Positions 26,563-38,200 of a stretch of DNA of 64,000 nt are shown piece by piece. Origin of the DNA: Klebsormidium nitens (taxonomy: Eukaryota > Plantae > Klebsormidiophyceae); the NCBI GenBank assembly GCA_000708835.1, contig DF237104.1, positions 103,101 through 167,100 of the forward strand, read 5' to 3'. Each line of letters begins with the position of its first letter. Position 1 is the stretch's first letter. Below the pieces are notes generated by a model. It searched no databases and was not told where the DNA came from. It was given only the letters and a program-made list of their open reading frames with translations. Position numbers and translations under genes: made by a program.

Positions 26563-26988
26563 ATGTTCCATCCAGGCAGGTTTGGGGCCTTGAGTATCTC
26601 GCGACCTTCCTTCCAGGTTGATGATTATCGTCCCTCTGAGAAGCCTTCTAGGACCTCCTACCGCGGTCTTGTTCTGTCAGCAGTAGGGTGTGGCCTTCTG
26701 GACGGGCCGCTAGACTTCCAGGTTGGTTACGACAACAGCCAACAGCCCCCCTCCAGGTTTCAATTCTGGTTGTTCAAGGACAGGAATAGACCTAGTGTCC
26801 GCGCTGAGCTCAGGAGTGTAACTCGTAGAGTACCCCTCCCAGTCTACGTCCTGCCTCACATTACAAAAGAGGAGTTCCTGAGGGTACTGGAGAAGCTGAC
26901 ACCCCCTGTCCAGCTCGTAGAGGGGATTTCCGCCGTTATCGGAAGAACCTTCGAAGCCCGTGCAGGTGTGTTGGCTAACAAGACATGA
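26563..26988 (+). CDS. Possible 141-aa ORF of unknown function whose stop overlaps the next ATG (ATGA)
   Basis: Open 141 codons with protein-like composition (TKEEFLRVLEKLTPPVQLVEG). No family recognised; could be chance or part of a longer spliced gene. Confidence 0.3.
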   Translation: MFHPGRFGALSISRPSFQVDDYRPSEKPSRTSYRGLVLSAVGCGLLDGPLDFQVGYDNSQQPPSRFQFWLFKDRNRPSVRAELRSVTRRVPLPVYVLPHITKEEFLRVLEKLTPPVQLVEGISAVIGRTFEARAGVLANKT

Positions 26989-28488
26989 AGCAGCCGTTGC
27001 GCATCGCTCTTCTTCACGACAGCCAAAGCGGAGCCTGGGTCTTCAGAGATCTGGAGGGGCTGGGGATCATCGGCGAGGCGGTATCAGTGGACGGCGCACT
27101 CAGCAGCGCAAGAGCGATAGCGGCTTCGCTGCTCAGAGAGCATCCCGAGATCTCGCGTGACCTCGACTTCCAGTCCTGTCCTGCCGGCTGGACAATTGAT
27201 GATGCATATTGGGTAAGCAGTTGTGTCAGGAGGAAAGAGCCTTGTCAAAGAGAGTTGTTATACTTCTTCAAGCGCTGCTTGCTTAGACGCAGGCAGATAC
27301 TTACTCAGACTGAATTCCGCATTGCTGAAACTCTGGTGCAAGGAGTCCATTCGTTGTAGGATGCACCAGGTTGCCAACCTCATTGGATTTGGATCTCCAG
27401 CGGCAGACTCCCTGAACTGGATAGGGTTTCTGTCATCGTGCAGCCCGTGGAGGCTGCTAGCACTCCGGAAACCATGGATCGGCGACAGCTTGGCAATGGT
27501 GAATCTCACAGTCATCTCTTGTGGAGTTGGTCTCATCTGTCAAGGGTCTTGCCATTTGCTTCAAGCAGCAGGCATTTTGGGGCTTCTTTGTTCAGCATGT
27601 CCTGAAAGCATTGCTGTCAAACTTGAGCTGCAGCTTGAAAGGATCCTGGTTAACTTCTGCTGATCCCACTTGTGCTCAGTCACTGAAGTTTGTTGTGCAG
27701 TTGCGTTCCCTCAAGAAGAGCGCCTGCCTTAGAGCCTGGTAGGTATCACTCTCGATGTCACTGCTCCTGGGAATGCAAGCTCAAGAACTGCCGTTGGAGA
27801 CATAAGGTGCATTTGTCAAGTGCTTCACTTACTGCCGTCCTGCGTCACAATGTTCTTGATTGTTCTTCATGTCATCCTTGCAGGAGAGCGCAACAGCGAA
27901 CGGTAAGGTCACCATGTTACTTCTCTGTAGCAGACTATTCCTAGTGACTCAGTTTGGTCCTGCCTCAGACCTTGCTTGTGCGGCCCTGCCATGCGCTGTG
28001 CATCACTTTATAACTTGGTTTCTTGCAACAGCGTAATTGGCAACTTCTTTCAGTGATCAGATTTGGCCGTCTTTGCGTATGGTTAAGTGGCAGGTCATGG
28101 AAGACTTTGTCCAAGCAGCAATGAAGATTCTCTCCAAGAAGCAGATTCTAAAACCTTTCCTCGTTATTTGCAGCACTTCTGGATGATGCTCCTGCCCTAT
28201 GCGTCAGGGGGACCAAACGCCCCAGGTAAATAGGTTAGCAACATGAACAGTGTTCCAGCAGCCAAACGGCTTATTGCCCGGAACCGAAAACTGGTGGGAT
28301 TGAACCTCCACAGGGTCACCTTCGAAACCCCAAGGTTTCGTGTCCGGGCAAAACGCCGTTTAGGAGATGTAGAGGGCTGGTTTAGGTGGGTTTCACAGCC
28401 AAACACCCATTAACCTTCTTCTAACATTGTTCCTAACCCTCCCCTCAGACCAACCGAGGACCGCAGCGGCCTCGGGACATCAAAATGA
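26985..28488 (+). CDS. Small unknown spliced protein, about 112 aa, 4 exons
   Basis: Exons 26985-27212, 27884-27902, 28174-28225, 28449-28488 give consistent phases (0,1,2) with GT-AG sites and end in TGA. The N-terminal part has a beta-beta-beta-alpha-like pattern loosely resembling HicB/DUF1902 (inference only). Confidence 0.55.
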
Positions 28489-29922
28489 ACCAATCTGGAC
28501 CGTCAAAGTCGGGAAGTCTCTCATCTGACGGTGCGGAACATGGTTCACGGACTTTGAGTGGTGTTTGGTCCCCCTGCTATGCGTAGCCCGACCGCGCCGA
28601 CAATTCGGTGAGTGTAGTTAGAAGGCTCGGGACAAGATTGACTGCTTTCCTTCTCACATCCGGTCATTGGTTTTGCGTTCGCGTATCTGGCCCTGCCATG
28701 TGTGCATGCATCACAGTGATAGCTGGTTCCTTGCAGCATCGGGTTTGGCATTTGCTTCTAGCAGAGGCAGTTTGCGCGTCTGCCTTTAGATCAAGCAGCA
28801 GGCCATGGAAGGCCTTGTCCAAGCAGCAGATTATGGAAGGTTTGCTTCCAAGAAGCAAGTTCTGAAGATGCCTTTGGCAATGTGCAGATCCTGTGCCGTT
28901 CCTCCCGCCAGAACACGCGGCTGCTCTACATCGCATTGGTGAGTGTGAGTCAAAACTTTTAGGACAACAGCATGGGTGCCTTGGGCCGCTTTCTCTGCAT
29001 GCTCTACACCCAAAATTCAGAGCAATTCTAGAGCAACTTAACAGAAACGGGCAGAGGAAGTGCGCCTCATAGCGCGGCTGCTAATGGGAAGTTGATGTGT
29101 GTTGTGCAGCGCAAGTGCATGCCCATCTGCTCAACGAGGATACAGAAGTGACAGAAGCAGCGGAGCCCTGAGAATGGTAACTGCCGGCAAGCTCAACATC
29201 GAATCACATGACGTGTGTCGCAGTAGGTGGTTCTTGATGCTGAAACATGCACATTACTTGATAAGCGGGGTTAAGTGCCCTAGGATGGAAGCATTCGAAG
29301 TTGCACACCTAGTATGGCCTATTGCAAGTGTGCGTTTTGTCAATTCCGCTCTTTTTGCAAGCCCTCAACTCATTGTATTCCATGCAAGGTCAGGGGCGGA
29401 AGACAAACGGTCCGGGATGTGATAAGGAGTGGTTGTCTGGTCATCCTTGTTTCCAATAATGCATATGCGCAAAGAGTAGGAGTTTGGTTAGCGTACGGTT
29501 CATAGGCATGCATTGATGGAGCGCATCAACGATTATAGAGCATCTTCTATATATCCACTATGTTCTTGGGGCCACTTCTGCCATTTCGAGCCTTTGAATG
29601 TGTAATCATACTTCACTCATATACAAGTTCATGGACCCAAAATGTACAGAAGCTGCTCACAAAGGTGAAGTCTTGGAGACTTCATGCACCTACTCGTGAA
29701 GTTATACCTTTTGAGTTCAGCAGCTTGTGATGAACACGGCTCTTGCACCCTGATAAAGAAATTTCGGTACCGATGTGCAGAATCCAAGTGTTTTTAAAGA
29801 CCATTTCGTATAGTAAAGACCATTCCAGACATTATATTGGAGAAAGAGGAAAAAGAAAAGACATTAGGTAGTTCTAGTATTGCTTTTTCTTTTGAAAGAA
29901 ATCTGAGAAATATGTATGTAAG

Positions 29923-30270
29923 GTCACTGGTGGCTTAGGGACGAGGGCCGGATATTCGGCTCTTGTCTCTAAGCCCCCGCCAGAGTGCTCGGGTGGCCGG
30001 AGGCGGGTAACTGGGGGTCCGTACTGCACCGGCGCGCCGGAACAGCTTTCGACCTGCGGTACGGCCCTACTGGACAGTGGATCCTGGGGGGCATGCCCTG
30101 GCGCTCTCTGATGGGCGCAGACTTTATGCCGAACTTCATTTGGCTTGCTGCCTTGCTACCGCTGAGTGTGGCATTAGCGCGTTTATCGACGGTGATAGGA
30201 ACGGCAGCTTCGGGGGGCGACCATTCTGCACATGAAGCAATGCAAAGGAAGCCAACTAGCTAGGCTTCTC
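29923..30270 (+). ncRNA. Candidate structured non-coding RNA or structured element end (family not recognised)
   Basis: 19-bp hairpin 29932-29950/29957-29975 whose only three non-Watson-Crick pairs are G.U; further stems 29976-29981/30002-30007, 30014-30028/30055-30068, closing helix 29924-29929/30075-30080, 30101-30106/30113-30118 and 30248-30253/30263-30268. Confidence 0.35.
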
Positions 30271-31184
30271 TCCATTGGCCGATCAGGGCTGATCAAGAAT
30301 TTAATCTAATGTGTAATTTTAATTTGTAAAAGAAGGCCCGGTACTACGAGGTATAGTAGTACCTATACCGAGTGCGTGCTGGCCGATTTTCAGGGTAAAT
30401 GAGGGCCGGTTGCCCACAACATTGCAAGGATCCTGATTCCGTCATAGAAGTAATCCTCGGATGTGTTAACGGGACGCGATCAAACATCCAACCATCTATT
30501 TATACATGGCATGGAAGCCTGTATATGGCCTGCGTGGATATGGTACATTAAGGTGTGTTGTAATCAGAACAACATACTCCATGCATCTGTATGTCTATTC
30601 GGAGTCTTCACAAGTTGCTACCAAGCCACACAACGGGCGGACTTCCAACATTCAGATCTGCATGTGGCTGCACGTTAGTAAATGTCTCACCCGTCAGCTG
30701 ATTCCAAAAATCGCCTCAAGTCTGAAGTATCTCCAACGCTCCTTATCCATTGGCCAATCATCGGATTGGATTCAGTGCTTTCAACCATTGCCATGGACAG
30801 ATGGCTAGGATAAGGTTTATCGACATGGTCACACTTTGTTGGATTCTGAAGTTTACCTTGGCCCAAAACTCAAATTGAGCGACTAGGTTCAATTGTTATT
30901 GTGGTACCGGCTGCTAGACACATGAGCAATAAAAGCTACTGAAATCCATACTAGCGCAACTTAGACACCGACCTCGCTCGACACCTCTATCAATCGAGAT
31001 AACCCTCCATATCGTTCTCAAAAGTTCCAACAGACCAATAAATTAACCACAAGCTCGAAAGCACGGTTCTCGTTCTACACAATTTGACGCGACGCCTTTC
31101 CGGCGCAGAAAGATCCACCAATGTAGGATCCGATCCTCACAACGTAGAAACGGCTTCTTAGATAGCGGACGAACAAAGAATGAG

Positions 31185-34100
31185 TCAGATCCCGGCCCAC
31201 TCGAGCGACGACGCTCGGAGATCGTCGGAGGAACCGATGGAACACGAGCGCGGCTGCCGTTGAGCTATGGCGTACAGCGCAAGCGGGTGGCAGTGGCTGA
31301 CCGCTGACAGCCACGCCCCGATGCGCCCAAAGCCGCTATCCCGAGTAAACACCTGAAAAGCGAGAGAAACCTACGCTAAGACATCCGCTGTGGAAGAAGC
31401 ATCGCAACTCACAAGATGACGGGGTGAAGTGGAAAAGAGCATAATGAGCTTTTGACGACCACAGAGCTGGGGGTTGGTTGAGTTCCGTTCTCAGAGGGTA
31501 GAAGATGGAAACTTCGGGCAGCAACAAGCAGCCATATGCGTCATAAAGGCATAGGGTAAACAATTCTAGAGCGCAATATGCTGGCTCGAACAGAGAGCGA
31601 GTTTCGCTACACTGCCTCGGGGTGGGTAAGGTGACCCGTTTGCACTGCAGAGAAGATCGTCCAATAAGCATTTGGCTTAACCGCAGGTTTTAGAGAAAGA
31701 TTGATCTCCAAGTGGCTCTACCTGTACGTCCGTCATCGCCAGCGCGTGCACCTGCGCCGCACCGAACACGAGCCCCGCGGCCGCCGAGTCGCGCTCCGCT
31801 TGAGCGCAGCTCTCGCCGTTAAGCGTGCAGTCCGGGTGCTTCGCGACGCGCTCCGTGTTCGTCAGCACTTTGTCCCCGTACCGTTCCTTGACTTTTTGCC
31901 GCAGCGTGAGGGACTCCGAAAGAAAATACCAGAGGACTTGTTGCCCCGAGCGGAGCCGGTTCTCCTCAATTTGTTCCACGCAGGCTAGGTCAGCGGCGGC
32001 CGTCTCGAGGGGGGTATCGTCGTCACCCTTGAACACGTGGTCACCGACCCTGGGGGGCAAAGAAGAAAGTTATCGTTTGTTTTGTCTTCTAACAGAAGCT
32101 GAACATTTTGCGGACGCATTTTTAAAAGTTCGAGAAATTGTCTAGAAAGAGACACCAGTTCAGGGGGCGTTCAGCTGTGCTCGATGATCCAATTTCGTTG
32201 GCTCAATGCGCGACACGGTCGCAGATACGCAGCTGAAGCAAAGGTACAGTACCAAAAGCACAGCACCAAGTCTCAGGTACGTGAAGACACGATCTTGTCA
32301 CACAGGAACAGGGCCAGGTGCAATACTTCCATGTCTTAGCTTGAGACGTTACGGTTTGATGTGATACGCCATATTATCACTTGTATTCCCCAGAGACTTG
32401 CGTCGACAAGTCGATGCCCGGGCTGACTTTCGACAAACTATTCTTGGAGTACTATTTGATTTTCTTTTCTTCAGCTTGATCTGATGATACTTTACGACTC
32501 GCTCGAGGATATTGATGAGCCTGTCCCAGCTTGCAAACCCGCTTCTTTCCTTGAAAGCGGCAGGTAATGTTGACCTGCTCCAAGATTACGCCTTGTGTTC
32601 CTAGTAAAGCGGCCCATCTAGAGCTCAAACGTTCATGGACCTCCAAGCAAGCAAAGATACTCAGAAGGAACTTCGCAAGCGCGTCACTTCTGGGATCTAC
32701 ATTGCACTGTATATCTTCGGGCATTTTGCCTGCGGATTTAGCGTCCAAGCTTTCAAACGACAGGCGAGATGTGCATCAAGGCTTTACAAATTTTACCGAG
32801 ACTGACTTGACGACCCCTTCCAAAGTTCCGCGGTTCGAGAGTTGGCAGCATTTGCTCCTCACCGGACCATAATCCCAATCTTGAGGGCGTCTTTGGCTCC
32901 CTCAAGCACGCTGATCTCGCGCTTCATCTCGGGCGAGATGCGGTCCGTGAGCGAGAAGAGGTAGTGGTACGCGCACGCAAACGCGGTGTCCGGCCGCAGG
33001 CCCCAGTCCAATAGCTGCTGCCGATGGAACGGGTTCTGCGGAAAGGGGGTGTCACGAGATTGGGTTATGTGGTTGATATATTCGGAGTATTGGGCTGGAA
33101 TGTCAAAGGAGGGCCTTGGAATAGAGACGGTGCCAATGAATCGGTTTGTGCAGAATGGAGTCTTTGGATTAGTGCTTGGGTTATAGACACTCTTCACAAT
33201 GTGCTTCGAACCGAAGTTGTTCAAAGATAGACCCAGGTGATGGGGATGGACACAGAACGAGGATTGTGCTTGAATGGCATCTTGTCACCTCACCTACTCA
33301 GAAACCAAACAAACGCTTCATTGCTGATGGAAAGGGTCTGAGCAGGGGAGAGACCTCGGGCTGTCAAATTATGTCATTGAAGAAATGTGTTTCAATCTTT
33401 GTTAAACAGACTGTATGTAGAACAACATACGTAAGACCCTGAGCTCTGGCAGAAAACCAGATTAAAGGATTCGCTCATTAGGTCTTGGTGAGAAGAATCA
33501 GGGTGTTTTGCTGACCACAAAAGGAAGCTCCTTTAGGTCCTTCCATCTGAAGCCACTCACTAGCTTGGCTAGATGTTGTCACACCAATCAGCATCAAAAT
33601 CATGCTTTTTGAAACTTACCACCAATTGACACCTGATCTCGAAGAGACTTGGAACAACAAGCATAGTGCTGTGGATGTACCTTCAAAACCGCATCTTGCG
33701 AGACAGACTGCTCCAATAATCTTGCCAGTTCAATAACGCAGAAAGCACCTCCACCTCCAAGAAAATTATGCCCAGCCGTCAGTTTGCCTCGATCATGACA
33801 GACGTAACGGCCAAGAATTTCTGCGGGTTTAAAATTAGAAGAATCGTACAATGGCGGTGCGCACATACATTACACAACACGTGAAAGCAAACAAAACTTT
33901 CGACCAATCGAAGGCAATCACTCACATCAAAGAGCACGTGCGTGCGCCCCCTATTTGACTGGATGTACACTGTCTCTGCGTCCGCTGTCCCCTCCGGAAA
34001 CTCCCTCAGATCCTGCGTCCGGAAGATCTCCACGCTGTCCTCGTCCATGTTCACCAATCCCCAAAAGGGGCCGTTTGGCTCAACAAAGTCATTTGGTCGT

Positions 34101-34597
34101 GTCCAGTTTATGAAAGGCGCGTCATAGGCTGCTTCAAACGGGGGCTGGTTCCCGTGCGTAATCTGGAACGCGCGCCGGGTCAGCAGTGCGTAGTAAAACT
34201 CGGTTATGATCCCGGTTAGCTTGTCGGCCAGGCCCGTCTTTTCGACGTACAAGGAGACAGCATAACGGGGGGGCGATGTTCCATTTATGATGCTGTTGTG
34301 CAACTTGGTGTACTCATCCTGCCAATTACCACACTTGTCGGCGAGCCACGTCTTGTCCCCCGGCCACCTCCTAAACCTCTCTTCATATTCCAATGCGTGG
34401 GCGCCACCTGGCGCGCTCTTGTAGCCCGAAACGCTCCTAACCCAGCTGTTGTCCAGGCTCAGGTAAACCACCGACCATTGGGAGGAGAACGCCAGCTGTA
34501 TGTCTTCTATGAGCTGGAAACACACCGCCGCGCTTGCAAGTAAGAGAAACAAAGCGCACACGGCCCAGCAAAGGCGCTTCCGCTTTGCCTCCGTCAT
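31185..34597 (-). CDS. Type II membrane fucosyltransferase-like glycosyltransferase (GT-B, alpha-1,2/1,6/O-FucT clan), 4 exons, 446 aa
   Basis: Exons 33926-34597, 32863-33035, 31722-32049, 31185-31352 (1341 nt, in phase). N-terminal TM anchor; GLADKLTGIITEFYYALLTRRAF; GIMVRVGD (motif I-like); WYFLSES; DSGFGRIGA (motif III-like). Confidence 0.85.
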
Positions 34598-34858
34598 AGC
34601 GTGCTGTCAGCATTGCATCCCTTCATGATGTAAACAGAACTTGATGAGCAGTGGCGTTCCTCCTTGCTGATGTGGCGCCACTTGCAGAAAAGATCGATTC
34701 AAGAAGTTGGGGCTTCAACACAAGTTCAAGCCTAAGGCTTCCCCGCCATGGTGAGCTCAGCTCACGCGACCGAAGTTTGCGGAGGTAGGTCTGGGCACGA
34801 ATTCCGGTACTGGTGGCGAGCGGCCGCAGGCCGGGGTCGAATCCGGCCCTGTGTTGCA

Positions 34859-34970
34859 TCGTTAGTCCGACTTTGGAATTGAAGTCGGACTAACGAGCCA
34901 CCTGGGGCTTGCAAGTTCGACTAACGATCAACGAGAAGCAAGAAGCTGATGCCTGAAGTCGGACTAACGA
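34859..34970. repeat. Perfect 15-bp inverted repeat plus two further direct copies (AAGTCGGACTAACGA) upstream of the transposase
   Basis: TCGTTAGTCCGACTT 34859-34873 / AAGTCGGACTAACGA 34882-34896; variant at 34913-34927; exact copy at 34956-34970. Confidence 0.9.
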
Positions 34971-35241
34971 CCAGCTCTTTGCCGTTTGATATGACACGTT
35001 GGACAGACATCTCGCGGTTGGAATCAAAGCAGGTGACCAAATGTTTTGTGGGGTTCCTGCCTTGCAGAACGGGGCACAAACAAGGGGGGGCAGCTCGCAG
35101 GCGACCGCAATTTGAATGTTTGTTTGGTTAAGCGCCCGGTCTGGCCCAGGTTTACAGCAAACCTACTTCAGTGAAGAGCAACCTACGGTACTTCAGTGCA
35201 GTGTCAAAGGCTCAACACACTGCACATCAGCTCTTGTCACC

Positions 35242-38200
35242 ATGGCTTCTTTTCTGTCTTTTGGAAAAGCTGGAGAGCTTCTGACAGGTACCAACCGCAG
35301 CATGGCGTCTGGCCCGGGTCACTCTGCTGCCATAGGCTCTATAGGAGTCCAGACCAGCAATGGGGCTGCATCTAAGGCACCTGCTGGAGATGAGGCTGCC
35401 CAGTACAATCCAAGAAGCGAAGATGAAACATGTGCAAAGAACATTGTAGGTTGGTGCCATGATCAGGTTGCAACACCAGCTGACTGGAAAGATAAGAAAA
35501 CCAAGCCTCCTTGGGTCATTCCTGACATTGATCCAAAAGTGGGCCCGTCAAAGGATCAAGCCCCTGATCCTAGGTATTGGCCAAGCATGAAAAAAGAGTA
35601 CCCCAACCCGGTGCAGGCAAGCAGAGGGCAGAATGCTCTGCAGCCAAACCACTTTCACCTGGCAGGCAAGGTGGTCTATTTTGTCTTCTGGCAGTTCTTC
35701 TTTGGAGAGCTCGTGCCCATCATCTATTGCCCTAAGTGCGGAAAGGTGGACCGAGTGACATCGGATGGCTGGGTCGGTGTGACGGACAAGATTCGTCGCG
35801 TCTGTAGTGCAAACGGGCCTGCATTTCTCTTCAGCAAGGTTTTCCGCTGTGGGAAGGGCAAGAAGAAGGGGGAGGGCTGCCCGGGTACGTCACTCTCTGC
35901 ATTGAAGTCCTGTCTCTTTTGATCCTCGCAGCTTTGTGACTCTTTGGTAACAGACTCCCTGGCAGTGTTCACGAACAGGACGCTCAAAGAGTTTTCTATC
36001 TTCTTGCGGTACGAGTCAGGCACTCCATCCGGCAAGCTTCAATCAGGCATTCCATCCAGGCATGGCTTTTCAGTCAACAGTTCTGGTTGCGCTTGAAAAG
36101 CTTGCTGTGAATCTTGATGTAGTCATGCTGGACATTCTGCAGTCACAAGCTAGTCTAAAAGGACGGTCTACTCGTCTGTGTTTTTATTCAGGCACTAAAT
36201 GAGCTGCTTCGTTGTACAGGCAACGATGGGAAACCCTACCAGTTTCGCTCCCACGACGAGGGGGTCTTGGACCAGCTGCGACGACACTGCCCTGCCGTAC
36301 TCGATCAACTCTCTATTGTCTTCACCCGTGGTGGGGCTATCGAGCGTAGCTTGCTGGACACCATGGTCCGCAATGTTGCAAGCAGTGCTTCTATTGCCGA
36401 CCAGCAGAAAATGGTCCGTGAAGCGCATATGCGCACTTTTACGCAGCACAAGACTACTTACATCCAGTATGCTGCAGCGCGTGCCAAGCTTCGACAACAG
36501 CAGGGCGGTGCGCTCCTTTTCCCTGGACTTGCTCAGCAACCTCCCTCCGCCCCTGCTGATTTTGGAGAGTATGGGGACAAAGAAGGCTACCGGGGTTGGA
36601 TACCATCAACGTCCTGGATAGCAGGTTTGTATGAACGTTTAAGGACTCCAGATCATTCTCTTGCTAGCCTGTTTGAATGTTTGCTCCACAGCCTTGCAAT
36701 CTGGTGCCCATGATAATAATTGATGTGCTGCGATGCTTCCATTCACTGCTTGCTGCTGGTCGCTCCGATTGCGAGGACATCAAAGCATCAAAGTCACATG
36801 CTTCATCATGCTGATTAGATCCGGCTTTCTTCTGGGCTAGCGATGCAACTCGGTTCTTTGCAATCTGTGCTTGTCATATTGAGAAAGTTGCCTGATCTTG
36901 ATCTGTATCTCCTTTGTGCAGGCGTCATTCTTGCGTCCCTGAACTCGCGGCTTGCGTTCCTTGAACGCCATCTAGCTGCGGTGGATGGGGTTTTTTGGCG
37001 GGGGGATCATACCTTCCAAGCGGCCTCTCGGATCCGCTCAGCTGACGGGCGCAAGGATTATGCAGCTGTCTACTCAATAATGAACGAATGGTCGCAAATT
37101 GTGGGTCAATGGGCTGTGGGGGACACCTCCTTCGACGAGTATGCCACCGGGATTCGAGATGTGCTCAAGCGGTATGATGACCTTGGATATCAGGTGGGTT
37201 TGATGTATGTGGAAACTGAGCTGTTTAATCATTGATTGGGCTTGAAGTGTACGCTCTTGTCTGACTGTATGATTTGATGCTGATCTGCATTGCCTGACCT
37301 ATGAAGTGTCCTTATGTAAGTTGATACACGAGCATTCAAGACATGAGAGCCGTCCAAGTGGGTGTTGGCAGTCTGCTTTTGGAACACGTCCTGAGCTTTT
37401 GCAGGGTCTAATTCATACTTTTCATGGTCTAACACATACTTTTCATTGCAGCTCCCAAAGTACATGTGGGTTGACAACTCGCGAACAGTAGCCGCCCAGT
37501 TGTACGACGTTATCCCCAGTTTGAGCAAAGTCTTAGAGGACGCCACGCATGTCATGCGACGGGTGTTCGAGATTATTCCCGACGCCCATTCCCTCAAACG
37601 TGGGTCCACTGTTCAGCTTTATCTGTGCTCAGGACGCATTGATATCAACATTGACCGCTGAAGATTCATATGCTCTTGAAGTCAGGAAGCAAGTATTGTT
37701 CAAGATCTGTCCTGCAGTTGGTCGCACCATTTGAGTTGGACACAAGTGCCTTCGCAACCTGCTCAGTAGCATTGATTAAGGCTCAGCGCGTTAGGCCCAT
37801 GCAAAGCTTTGGCCAAGCTTGGCCGAAAGGGCTTCAGCATTCTAGTGAACTTTTCGTTCTCCATGTGCAGCCGACTTCTGCCGGGACTACTCGAGCTCCA
37901 TGTTCAAGATCCACCAGCAGGACAAGTGGGCTTTGCGGGAGTTTCTTCTGGCCGGAGGTCCTGGACGGCGGAAGTGGACACCAGCGGAGGTGGCAGCAAA
38001 GCCTGGGAGCTACTGGCGAGCGCGCTGCCGGCATACCATCCCCCCCCCCCAAGAACTAGTTAACGGCGTTGAAGCAGTCATGAAGAAGTATGAGCGGGAA
38101 ACTTGCGTCATCAACGGTGACCCTCTCATCACTGAAGATGTCCAGCACGTACATCAGCTCCAGCTCCAGCTCATGCAAGAGGGCTTGCTAAGTGGTGAGT

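Noticed and set aside
29923-30270. RNase MRP, telomerase RNA, group II intron domain V or hammerhead identity for the structured region
   Set aside because: No GAAAGUCCCC CR-I, no telomeric template, no AGC/CGC triad with normal D5 length, no CUGANGA/GAAA core.
34811-34850. tRNA gene or A/B-box (TGGCGAGCGG ... GGGGTCGAATCC)
   Set aside because: The boxes are only about 10 nt apart, there is no anticodon arm and the T-loop is GTCGAAT; it cannot form a cloverleaf.
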